Positions 48,062-58,209 of a stretch of DNA of 64,000 nucleotides are shown piece after piece (within the stretch, counting starts at the first letter, position 1; each line of letters opens with the position of its first letter). The notes under the pieces are model-generated. The model had not been told where the DNA came from and did not search any database. It was given only the letters and a program-made list of their open reading frames with translations. The stretch is taken from contig CAVRJO010000001.1 in the NCBI GenBank assembly GCA_963722255.1, positions 81,007 to 145,006 on the forward strand. The letters run 5' to 3'. Made by a program: the position numbers and the translations under genes. This DNA comes from Candidatus Babeliales bacterium. Its GTDB lineage: Bacteria > Babelota > Babeliae > Babelales > JANWKD01.

Positions 48062-49090
48062 ATGCTTAAAGATAAAATTGAACAGTTGCTTCAAGAATTT
48101 AATCATGCTTTATCGACTATTACTAATTTAGTTGATTTGGAAGAGGCTAGAATTAAATTCCTTTCACGCAATGGAAAAATTGCTGAACTAATGTCCGAAT
48201 TAAAAAAACTTTCACTCCAGGACAAACAGCTCTTTGGTCCCCTCATGAACAACCTAAAACAGTTTACCTTAGAAGCTTATGAAGCTAAAAAAAAGAGTAT
48301 TGAAAATTCACTCTTACAGGAGCATTTGGCAAAAGATTTACATTTTGATGTCACAGCATACCTACCAAAACCTGTTTACGGAAGTTTACATCCGCTAACT
48401 CACATCTATGAAAAAATATATTCGATTTTCAGCTCCATGAGTTATGAGATTTTAGAGGGCCCGGAAATTGAAACAGAGTATTATAACTTTGAAGCATTAA
48501 ATATCCCTAAAAATCATCCTGCTCGAGATATTATGGACACCTTATGGTTAACTAAACCCGGTTATTTACTAAGAACTCATACCTCTACAGTTCAGGTTCA
48601 TGGCATGGAATCTAGAAAACCCCCACTTGCAGTTATTGCTCCAGGAAGAGTGTATCGACATGAAGCAACTGACGCAACTCACGATTTTCTTTTTAATCAG
48701 ATTGAAGGGCTTGTTGTCGCTGAAAATATCTCCTTATCTCATTTGCTGGCTACACTAAAAGTTTTTTTCAGAACACTCTTTAATAAAGAAGATTTAGAGC
48801 TTAAAATTCGTCCTGACTATTTCCCTTTTGTTGAACCAGGTATAGAAATTAATATTTCTTGTCCCTTTTGTAAGTCTGGTTGCTCCGTTTGTAAAAAATC
48901 ACGCTACATTGAAATGGGCGGCGCTGGACTTGTTCACCCAAATGTTCTACAATGCAGTAACATTGACCCAAAAAAATACAACGGATTTGCCTTTGGACTA
49001 GGGGTAGATCGAATCGCAATGATCATGTATACTATTAATGACATTAGACTTTTTGCGAGCGGCAAAATAGATTTTTTAAAGCAATTTTAA
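48062..49090 (+). CDS. pheS: phenylalanine--tRNA ligase alpha subunit
   Basis: Class II aaRS motifs (...FNFEALNIPKNHPARD..., ...RPDYFPFVEPG..., GFAFGLGVDRIAM). Confidence 0.95.
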   Translation: MLKDKIEQLLQEFNHALSTITNLVDLEEARIKFLSRNGKIAELMSELKKLSLQDKQLFGPLMNNLKQFTLEAYEAKKKSIENSLLQEHLAKDLHFDVTAYLPKPVYGSLHPLTHIYEKIYSIFSSMSYEILEGPEIETEYYNFEALNIPKNHPARDIMDTLWLTKPGYLLRTHTSTVQVHGMESRKPPLAVIAPGRVYRHEATDATHDFLFNQIEGLVVAENISLSHLLATLKVFFRTLFNKEDLELKIRPDYFPFVEPGIEINISCPFCKSGCSVCKKSRYIEMGGAGLVHPNVLQCSNIDPKKYNGFAFGLGVDRIAMIMYTINDIRLFASGKIDFLKQF

Positions 49091-49137
49091 TGACTTTTAA
49101 TAAAATTTCAATTGCATAATGATACTAAAGGAGTAAT

Positions 49138-50055
49138 ATGGATATCCTTAAAACAGTAATCCCCGCTGCTGGATTGGGAACACGCTTTCTTCCTTTTACA
49201 AAAGCGGTACCTAAAGAGATGTTGCCTTTGCTCAATAAACCCGCGATTCAATATCATGTTGAAGAAGCTCTTTATTCTGGCATCAAGAATATTTTAATGA
49301 TTATTAGTAAAAATAAACAAGCGATAGCCGATCATTTTGATGCTGACCTTGAATTAGAACTTACTCTAAAAGAACGTGGCAATCTTGAATTACTTGGAAA
49401 TCTTAAAAAAATTCATAATGATAGCTATTTTTCTTATATTAGGCAAACTGAGCCGCTTGGCCTTGGGCATGCAATTTGGCTTGCCCGGCATGGCATTAAC
49501 AAAGAATATTTTGGTGTCCAGCTCCCTGATGAGATACTAATCTCTAAAACGCCGGGCCTTGCTCAATTAATAAAAGTTGCTCGACAAGAAAAAGCAACCG
49601 TTGTTGGAGTGCAAGAAGTTCCTTCTGATCTTGTTTCAAACTATGGAATAGTTGCAATAAAAAAACAGATAACGCCGAACCTCTTTCAAGTTTCACATTT
49701 AGTTGAAAAACCGGATCAAAAAGACGCCCCTTCAAATCTTGCATTGGTTGGAAGATATGTTTTATCTCATAAAATCTTTCCAGCTCTTGAAACCATTGAA
49801 ACTGATATTAAAGGTGAACTTCAACTGACTGATGCTATTAGCCAAATGATGTTTAATAATGAAAAAGTTTTTGCCTATAAAATTCAAGGCACGCGGTATG
49901 ATATCGGTAATCCTATTGGATGGCTTAAAGCTCTTATAGGTTGTGCTCTTCAGGATCCTTATTATCAGCCGCATATAAGCAAATTTTTAGCTGATAAAGA
50001 ACTTATGGAATCATTTATTTATAATCCTGTTTCTATTACTGAACATACGCTCTAA
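49138..50055 (+). CDS. galU: UTP--glucose-1-phosphate uridylyltransferase
   Basis: N-terminal nucleotide-binding motif IPAAGLGTRFLPFTKAVPKEMLP; ~300 aa. Confidence 0.8.
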   Translation: MDILKTVIPAAGLGTRFLPFTKAVPKEMLPLLNKPAIQYHVEEALYSGIKNILMIISKNKQAIADHFDADLELELTLKERGNLELLGNLKKIHNDSYFSYIRQTEPLGLGHAIWLARHGINKEYFGVQLPDEILISKTPGLAQLIKVARQEKATVVGVQEVPSDLVSNYGIVAIKKQITPNLFQVSHLVEKPDQKDAPSNLALVGRYVLSHKIFPALETIETDIKGELQLTDAISQMMFNNEKVFAYKIQGTRYDIGNPIGWLKALIGCALQDPYYQPHISKFLADKELMESFIYNPVSITEHTL

Positions 50056-50117
50056 AAAAAATCTCCTCAATGCATAGACATTAAGGAGATTTTAAAATTA
50101 AGTACAACTAATTTTGA

Positions 50118-50744
50118 TCAAACCAATTCTTCAAAAGTTATTTCAAGCATTGGGCAAACTTTCCATCCTGCTAGTTCAAAATGCCACCAGGGATCTTGAC
50201 TGTTTTGTACAAACCCATGCTTTACCATGATTATTTTTAAAAGATCACGATTTTTACACGCTCTTTCTGAAATATCACACGCATCGCATGAAGCCTTACA
50301 AGTGATACAATCAAATGATGTTGGCATATCAATTTCTAACCCTGTTTTTAAATCAAATAAGGTTACATCAACTGCCATTCCTCGGGTATGAGAATCACCA
50401 TGAGATGGATTTGTAATATAGTTTTCATCAGGAAGTAGTTTCCATATTTTTTCTAACTCTTGTTTTGGTTGAAAGGCATCCCAAATTACAATGCCAAATC
50501 CATAGTGTTCAAATTCTTGAACTGCACCTTTCAAAGCATGTGCAACATCTTTATGAACATAACAACAGGTGCATGAATCATAAATCTTTTGTTGAGTAAT
50601 ATTCTGTTCCGTTGCATAACGTAGATTCATTACAATCGCAGGATTGTGTAGGGTATCAAGTGATACCAAATCATGTGCATCTGCCCTCCTTAATGAAAAG
50701 CTGAATACAACGGCTGTTATTATTGCTATTTTTGAAATGTTCAT
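50118..50744 (-). CDS. secreted M15-family peptidase (D-Ala-D-Ala dipeptidase-like) with Cys-rich insert
   Basis: Signal peptide; SHGDSHTRGMAVDV and DPWWHFE resemble M15/VanX-DdpX zinc-binding motifs; unusual cysteine cluster CITCKASCDACDISERAC. Confidence 0.5.
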   Translation of the reverse strand: MNISKIAIITAVVFSFSLRRADAHDLVSLDTLHNPAIVMNLRYATEQNITQQKIYDSCTCCYVHKDVAHALKGAVQEFEHYGFGIVIWDAFQPKQELEKIWKLLPDENYITNPSHGDSHTRGMAVDVTLFDLKTGLEIDMPTSFDCITCKASCDACDISERACKNRDLLKIIMVKHGFVQNSQDPWWHFELAGWKVCPMLEITFEELV

Positions 50745-51171
50745 GAAATTCTCCTTTTTTTAGCGTTTATTAGTATACCGCAGTATAAACTAACAATGTA
50801 TGAAAATACAAGATCGTTGTATCTGTACTAAAGTCATATCACTAAAAATCAAAAAATCATTTCATATCATTAACAATTATTGCAAATTGAAAATAAAATA
50901 AGTTATGCTTAACATGAATATGTTTAAGCAATTTAGATTGTGGAAATCTGCGTAATTCACCAAATTCACGTTATATAAAAAAGGAACTAACAATGAATTT
51001 TTCGACTCTCACTTATCTCCTTATTTTTTTTAGTAGCAGCGCACTCAGTGCAGCATGCCCAACTTGTGTAGCAAAAGTTCAACAGAACTCACCACCCTTT
51101 TTTGCAGATGAATTTTATACATCAAATAATGATGATCTTGATATCGATTTAGTAACAACCGGAACGGGTTC

Positions 51172-52392
51172 TTAACAATTACTTTGCTTCAAAAGGCGAA
51201 TAATAGCTTTATAATCTTTCTGTTGTCCAAGATGAAAGAATACTTTATAAAATGTCGTTTCTTTATTTTCGGTTTCAGCAAGCATCATAATTGCAATTTC
51301 TTCCGCTGTCCCCCCGCCATAGCCTCTTATCGTTCGATCGGCCCCATGCTTTAATAACGTTGAAACAATCGTTAAATTACCATACTTTGCAGCATACATA
51401 AGGGCGGTCATTCCTTGATGGTCTCGCACATTAATTAGAGCTTTGCATGCTAGTAGTTCATTTGAGGCAAAATAGTTATTATAGATCGCACTAAATATTA
51501 ATGGTGTCGCACCTGAATTATCTACGTTATTAACATCCGCACCATTTGCAAGCAATAAAGCTGTTGTTTTATGCGTATGATTAAATATCGATAATGCTAG
51601 CGACGTTACTCCTAAACTATTTCTATTATTAACATACGCCCCCCTTTGAATTAGCTCTTTAACTATTTCAAAAGGAAGTTGTTTATACATAAGGGGTGTT
51701 TTCCCCTGATTATCAATTTCATTAACATCAATCTTTCGGCTCAAAAAAACCTTAAGCACATTTATATTATTATTTTTTGCCAACGCATAACTGAATAATG
51801 GCGTCTCATATCTTACCATAACTTTTTGATGTACATTTGCGCCATGATCAAGTAAAAAATCAACCATTTCTGGATATCCGCTTTGTACAGCAATTACAAT
51901 AGGTGTAAAACCTTTCTTGTTCTTTTGATCAACCAGCGCACCTGCAGAAAGCAGTAACTGTGCATATACTAAAGATCTGCTTTTAATAGCACATCCCAAA
52001 GGAACATCATCACGCACATTACTATTATTAAGATCTATTCCTGTTGTTAAACAATCACGGACATCATCGTAACTATATTTACCCCGATTTTTCATTGCTA
52101 AGCATAAAGCCTCTACAAAATTAAAGTTTACATCAATCAATAACTGTACAAAACTACAAAGCTCATCCGGACATTGTTTATGATCATCTAACTTAATTTT
52201 TTTTTGCTTTATTTCTTGGGCAACAACAATTGCCGCTCTCATTCTCAATGATGGCATTGGTTTAAAAAGCATCTTAGATTCTCTATCGCCTTCCTCCATG
52301 CCATAGACATTATTTTTTCCAACTGATAGAACGAAACTTATAATAACAAAATACAATGAGCAGCTCTTACGTCGTTTATTTATTATTTTCAT
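51172..52392 (-). CDS. ankyrin-repeat protein
   Basis: At least 8 ANK repeats (e.g. GFTPIVIAVQSGYPEMVDFLLDHGANVHQK; GATPLIFSAIYNNYFASNELLACKALINVRD). Confidence 0.8.
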   Translation of the reverse strand: MKIINKRRKSCSLYFVIISFVLSVGKNNVYGMEEGDRESKMLFKPMPSLRMRAAIVVAQEIKQKKIKLDDHKQCPDELCSFVQLLIDVNFNFVEALCLAMKNRGKYSYDDVRDCLTTGIDLNNSNVRDDVPLGCAIKSRSLVYAQLLLSAGALVDQKNKKGFTPIVIAVQSGYPEMVDFLLDHGANVHQKVMVRYETPLFSYALAKNNNINVLKVFLSRKIDVNEIDNQGKTPLMYKQLPFEIVKELIQRGAYVNNRNSLGVTSLALSIFNHTHKTTALLLANGADVNNVDNSGATPLIFSAIYNNYFASNELLACKALINVRDHQGMTALMYAAKYGNLTIVSTLLKHGADRTIRGYGGGTAEEIAIMMLAETENKETTFYKVFFHLGQQKDYKAIIRLLKQSNC

Positions 52393-52445
52393 TAGGCATT
52401 TGCTTTCTCGTCAATAACTGGGCTGTTATTTATATACAAATTTTT

Positions 52446-54843
52446 TTATGAATATCTCTTCAAAAACGGAATAACCGAATCAGGATTTAATGATAACGAT
52501 GTTATACCTAAATCAACTAAGAACTGGGCAAATTCAGGATAATCTGATGGCGCTTGACCACAAATACCTATTGGTTTTTTATGACGCAATGCACCTTCAA
52601 TAACCATTGCACACATTTTTTTCACTGCCTGATCTCGTTCGTCAAAAAGAGGTGCAAGAAGCGCCGAATCTCTATCAACGGCAAGAGTAGTTTGTGTCAA
52701 ATCATTTGATCCAATCGAAAATCCATCAAAAAGCTTACAAAATTCATCAATGAGGAGAACATTTGATGGTATTTCAACCATCATATAAATTTTCAAACCA
52801 TTATGACCTTGAACAAGCCCATACTTCTTCATAACCGTTATCACTCGCCAAGCTTCATCAACGGTTCTAACGAAAGGAATCATAACAATAATATTGGTAA
52901 GGCCCATAGTATCTCGAGCTTTTTTTAATGCAGCACATTCAAGTGCAAAAGCAGGCTCATACAATGGATTATAATAACGAGATGCGCCGCGTAATCCTAA
53001 CATCGGGTTACTTTCTACGGGTTCAAAAAACGAACCACCAAGTAAATCTCGATATTCATTCGTTTTAAAATCAGAAAAACGTACTATAACAGGATGAGGA
53101 TAAAATGCCGCGGCAATAGATCCGACACCTTGGGCTAAAGAATCAATAAAAAAATCTTCACGTGTAGCGTAAGCGCTTGTTAAAAGATCCAGCTCATGAA
53201 TAATTTTTACGTCCTTAATAACAGCGTTTTGAGTAAATGCCATTGGATGAGCTTTTATTGTGTGCGCTATTATAAATTCTACGCGCGCCAGACCAACTCC
53301 AGATACAAAAGGCAATTGACACACCACAAAAGCATTATTTGGATCAGCAATATTAACCAGTATTTCTTTTGGTGGCTTTACAAGTTTTGTTGTATCAATT
53401 TCTGAAATGGTAAAAGGTATCTGACCATTATAAACAAATCCTTGTGCGCCCTGGCTACAATCTAAGGTAATTATGTGCCCATCTTTTATTAAGGTAAGCG
53501 AATTGGCTGCGCCTACAACAGCAGGAATACCCAATTCTCTGACTTACAATTGCTGCATGGCATGTTCTCCCACCTTCTTCGGTTACAATACCGGCCGCTT
53601 TTTGCATCAAAGGAACCCAATCGGGATCTGTCATTTGAGTAACTAAAATGTCTCCCTCATTGAAAATGGCTGCATCTTTTGCGCTTTTAATGATACGAGC
53701 TTTTCCTGATACTATTTTTGTACCAACACTTTGCCCTTCAACAAGAATCTGTTGCGCAGCATCTTTTTTATGAGCCTCTTGCAAAGAATAAAGTTGCATA
53801 AAAGCACTCTGCTTCTTTAAGGAATGTACCGTTTCCGGACGCGCTTGAACAATATAGAGAGAACCATCTAATCCATCTTTTGCCCATTCTATATCCATAG
53901 GCGACCAAAAACCATTGAGTTGCGTATAATAGTCCTCAATGAGCACAATATTTTTTGACAGCTCTTGTATTTCGGAGTCAGTTAAACAAAATCTTTGAGC
54001 ATCAGATTGTTCAACAGGCACCCATTCAACTTTTTTTTGCTCAGTTGCATAGATTAGTTTTTTTCTCTTAGAACCTATCACTTTTTTTATAATGGGATTA
54101 AATCCCTCTTTAAGCGTTGTTTTAAAAACACGATACTCATCAGGATTAACAATGCCTTGAACCACAGCTTCGCCAAGTCCATACGATGCATCAATCATAA
54201 TTAAATCTTTAAAACCTGTTTCAGTATCCAATGAAAATGCAACGCCGGAAACAGCTAAATCTGAACGCACCATTTTTTGTACAACAATTGAAAGCGCTAT
54301 ATCAAGATGATCAAAGCCTTTTGTTGAACGATACATAATTGCTCTATCGGTAAATAATGAGGCAAAACATTTTTTACATGCCTCTATCAACTGTTTTTGA
54401 CCTTGAATATGCAAAAAACTTTCTTGCTGTCCTGCAAATGATGCTCCAGGAAGATCTTCCGCGGTTGCTGAAGAACGAACTGCAACATCAACTTCATCAG
54501 TATGATATTCTTTTGAAAGCTCTTGATATGATTGAGCTATTTCATCAAATAAATCTGAAGGCATCTCTGCTTTACAAATGAGTTCTCGAACTTCTTTCGC
54601 TTTTTTAGTAAGACTGGATAAATCATTAAGATCTATCGAGTTTACTATTTTTTTTATGAGCGGTGCCAGACTATTATAATCTAAATAATGCCGGTATGCT
54701 CGAGCAGTTATTGCAAAACCGTCAGGAATTTTAACTCCTTTCTGAGTCAAATATTGAATCATTTGACCAAGAGATGCAGTTTTACCACCAACTAATGGAC
54801 TATCATGTATACCCACTTGATGTAGCGATTTAATATATTCCAT
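52446..54843 (-). pseudogene. ppsA: phosphoenolpyruvate synthase (pyruvate, water dikinase) disrupted by a +1 frameshift in the phosphohistidine motif
   Basis: N-terminal piece 53455..54843 (MEYIKSLHQVGIHDSPLVGGKTASLG...GGRTCHAAIVSQ) and C-terminal piece 52446..53534 (MGIPAVVGAAN...) overlap in different frames. Re-phasing by one A within CAGAGA (~53537-53542) restores GGRTCHAAIVSRELGIPAVVG. Confidence 0.8.
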
Positions 54844-54850
54844 TAATAGT

Positions 54851-55402
54851 TTATTTCCTTTCGTATGTTGCCATTAATTCTGCTTTTTCCAAGATATGAC
54901 CATCAATTGCTTTCATTATTTCATTTTTTGAAGCACCTTCAGGAAGATTAAGCATACTATCTAAAGCATAAAGAATAAAATAATACCTGTGCATTTTATC
55001 AGGAGGGCAAGCTCCGTGGAATTCATTTTTCCCGCTATTGGTCAAACCCTGTTTTGCACCCTTTAGTGTACCAATATTACTATTTTCATCAATTTTGTTT
55101 ATAAAGGGAGGAATATTAAAAACAATCCAGTGAACCCAAGGGTTAGGTTTTGTAGCAGGCGCATCAGGATCTTCCATGATGAGCATAAAACTTTTTGTAC
55201 CTGCCGGTGCATTCTGCCATTCTAAAGGAGGATTTATATCTTTACCATCACACGTATAAGCTGTTGGTAGAACAGTACCATTTTTAAATGCCGGACTCGT
55301 TAACTGCATAAAATTTCCTTCCGCTTCACTTTTTTTTAGATTTAACAATAGAAAGCATATAGTTACTACAATAATCAATACACAAACAATTCTTTTCATC
55401 AA
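54851..55402 (-). CDS. YbhB/YbcL-family phosphatidylethanolamine-binding protein (PEBP), secreted
   Basis: Signal peptide; PEBP motifs MEDPDAP...PWVHWIVFNIP and C-terminal HRYYFILYALD. Confidence 0.8.
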   Translation of the reverse strand: MMKRIVCVLIIVVTICFLLLNLKKSEAEGNFMQLTSPAFKNGTVLPTAYTCDGKDINPPLEWQNAPAGTKSFMLIMEDPDAPATKPNPWVHWIVFNIPPFINKIDENSNIGTLKGAKQGLTNSGKNEFHGACPPDKMHRYYFILYALDSMLNLPEGASKNEIMKAIDGHILEKAELMATYERK

Positions 55403-55826
55403 TTCCCCTTTTTTTATACTATTGATCCTTCAATTCTACTAATAAATAATTGCTAAAATCATTGTTTTAGCATTCTTTTTCTAACAAGCTATACAAAAAA
55501 ATGAAAAAAAAGCTATACTGTATAAAATAATAATTATTCATACATGATAGAAATAGAATTTATATCTATTCTTCAACGATAAGGAGCCTATGATGAATCG
55601 TAGTTCATCTCATACCTTTCCTACTTCTCTTACTCCAAAACACAACAAGTCAAATAAAGTCATTTTCAATGATTATTAGAACTTCAATGTGTGGCTCCAT
55701 TTCTTTATGTATTCCCGCCGTGGATATAACAATTTGCACATTATAGTGCTTTTTTAACCAAATTCGATCTTAATTTATTAATATACTCATAAGGGTTTAT
55801 TCTATTAAACCTTAAGGATTTTTTAT

Positions 55827-56990
55827 ATGAAACGTTTTTTCCAATCCCAAACTATAGCTACTGGACTCGCTATTTTTTCTATGTTTTTTGGCGCAGGTAA
55901 TTTAATTTACCCTCTTAATGTTGGATTTATTGCCGGTGCAAAAAATCTCTGCGCTATTTCAGGCTTTATGGTTACCGGTGTTCTTCTACCTTTATTGGCA
56001 CTCATAGCAATAATACTTTTTAATGGTGATTATCATGAGTTTTTCAATCGACTTGGTAAAATACCAGGCGCACTCTTTATTTTATTCTGTATGCTTATTA
56101 TTGGGCCTCTTTTTGCAATTCCTCGGATTGTTACTGTTGCACATATCATGATTGCACCTTTCATAGGAAATATTTCATTGCCAATTTTTACTTTTCTTTT
56201 CCTTGCATTAACTTTTCTTGGGACGTATAAAGAAAGTCGCATTATTAATCTACTTGGTAATGTGATAAGTCCACTCTTGCTTGTTTCTCTTATAATTATT
56301 ATTGTAAAAGGTCTTCTTTTCCGTGGAGAAATGACACAAGAAATTACATCAAGTTGTCTGGCACTCTTTTGGGAAAGTATTAAGATCGGTTACAAAACAC
56401 TCGATATGCTTGGAGCCATTTTCTTCTCTTCTATTGTGATCACTATCTTAAGAGAAAAGCTTAAAGACCAATCAGAAAAATCGCTAAAAAAATTAGCGAT
56501 TATGGGTTTAAAAGCAGGTCTTCTAGGGGTAGCCTTACTCGCAATTGTTTACCTTGGAATGAGCTATTTGGGTGTATTTCATGGTGCTGGACTTGGCCAT
56601 CTCAATGAAGGAGAGCTTTTTAGTGCACTTTCATTTAGAATTCTTGGCTCACATGGTGCAATTATTATTGCTCTTGCTGTTTTAATGGCGTGTTATTCGA
56701 CAATTGTTGCACTGACTGCTGTAGTATCAGAATATGTTCAGAAAACCATTTTTATCAATAAAATAAACTATATACAAGCATTACTCATAGTGTTGGGTAT
56801 AGCAGCAGTTGTTTCTAATTTTGGATTAAGCAAAATTTTAAAATTTTCTGGCCCTTATATTGACGTTTGCTATCCCGCACTTATAGTACTTGTGTTCGTT
56901 AATATTGCTTATAAATTATTTGGTTTCAAACCAGTAAAAATACCAGTGTTAGTAACCCTATTAGTCTCTTCATTATTTTATTTATGGTAA
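55827..56990 (+). CDS. brnQ: branched-chain amino acid transport system II carrier protein (LIVCS family)
   Basis: 12-TM protein; N-terminal LAIFSMFFGAGNLIYPL is the BrnQ signature. Confidence 0.8.
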   Translation: MKRFFQSQTIATGLAIFSMFFGAGNLIYPLNVGFIAGAKNLCAISGFMVTGVLLPLLALIAIILFNGDYHEFFNRLGKIPGALFILFCMLIIGPLFAIPRIVTVAHIMIAPFIGNISLPIFTFLFLALTFLGTYKESRIINLLGNVISPLLLVSLIIIIVKGLLFRGEMTQEITSSCLALFWESIKIGYKTLDMLGAIFFSSIVITILREKLKDQSEKSLKKLAIMGLKAGLLGVALLAIVYLGMSYLGVFHGAGLGHLNEGELFSALSFRILGSHGAIIIALAVLMACYSTIVALTAVVSEYVQKTIFINKINYIQALLIVLGIAAVVSNFGLSKILKFSGPYIDVCYPALIVLVFVNIAYKLFGFKPVKIPVLVTLLVSSLFYLW

Positions 56991-57061
56991 AGAAGGTTGT
57001 AAAAAATTAGATTTTTCTTACACTAAATGCAGAATAACTTTATTACATCGAAAGTCTACCT

Positions 57062-57226
57062 ATGATTACAAAGAATTTTTTATTGGTTGTTGTTTGTTTT
57101 GGAATTGCAATGACTTTAACAAGCTGCAAAAAATCAAGACAAGAAATTGTTGAAGTTCAAGAAAAAAGAATTTCAGGACCTTTATCAGATAGCTCTATTG
57201 AATGGTCAGAGTCTGATTATAAATAA
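57062..57226 (+). CDS. small putative lipoprotein (54 aa; below the ORF-track size cutoff)
   Basis: MITKNFLLVVVCFGIAMTLTSCKK has a signal peptide with lipobox LTSC; followed 10 nt later by a strong terminator. Confidence 0.4.
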   Translation: MITKNFLLVVVCFGIAMTLTSCKKSRQEIVEVQEKRISGPLSDSSIEWSESDYK

Positions 57227-57236
57227 CTAAAAAAAA

Positions 57237-57273
57237 AGAGGATGAATTATAATAATAACTCATCCTCTTTTTC
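57237..57273 (+). terminator. Rho-independent terminator
   Basis: AGAGGATGA-attataataataac-TCATCCTCT followed by TTTTT. Confidence 0.6.
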
Positions 57274-57823
57274 ATGAAAATTTTTTTTGAAAAAAAACGC
57301 TTTCGCGTTGGAGGTAATAACATGGTTTTCACCACGCCCCTTTTACGCTCAAGTCTCTACATGCTTAGTCTTTATACCTACATATACCTCCTAAAGACCG
57401 GTAACAGTATAAGTCACATGGTTTGTTCCTTTGTTCATGATACTAATCATGTAAACCTCTCATGAACATCTTACTTTTATTTACCCCTATTAGTCTAAAT
57501 TAGTAAGAGAATCTATTAACTAATCGGTGAAGTTTCTTTTACGGAAAACTTCTAAAATCCGGCATGCTGCCCCAAACGTAATGGGAAAGCTTTCGCTTTT
57601 ACCTCCAAATTTTCAAAGAACTTTTTTGAGAAAAAGTGCAGTAATTAGAATTTCTTCTAGCTTCTCTACTCCCGTTCCTCTTATTTACAACTTTAGCATA
57701 AATATTTCTATTTGTCAAGCAAAATTTGAAAATTGCATATTTTTCTCTGTAAACTCTAGAATTTTTGTCTAAAATCATGCTAGGTTAAAAAAAGCTAAGA
57801 TAAAACTGCTTTATGGAGCTTAT

Positions 57824-58135
57824 ATGATAAAAAAGTGTATACTATTTTTATTGATTTGCATGAAAATACATGATTGTAGTTCAATGGGTAATAACCGTAA
57901 AGATTCATCGGATGAAGATACATCTCAGCACGTCTACAATACTCGAGAGCTCTTCTCTTCAACTGAAATAAGTTTTTATGTTTCTCCTCCAACAAGTCCC
58001 CGAGACATAGTACCTACTAAACCTCACAAAAAACCAAACTGTTTTTTACAGTGCTTAAAAAAACTTTGTTGCTGTTTATGTTGTTGTAAAAAAAATGACA
58101 AACGTCTCATTGTCAGTTATGACACTATTCAATAA
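57824..58135 (+). CDS. small protein with C-terminal poly-cysteine string
   Basis: 103 aa; hydrophobic N-terminus; S/P/T-rich middle (SPPTSPRD); C-terminal CFLQCLKKLCCCLCCCKKNDKR. Confidence 0.4.
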   Translation: MIKKCILFLLICMKIHDCSSMGNNRKDSSDEDTSQHVYNTRELFSSTEISFYVSPPTSPRDIVPTKPHKKPNCFLQCLKKLCCCLCCCKKNDKRLIVSYDTIQ

Positions 58136-58209
58136 AGCAAAATTTATAATTCACTTTCACCATAAACATCAGTATACTGCTCATCGTTACTAAATTATTA
58201 TAGTATGAA

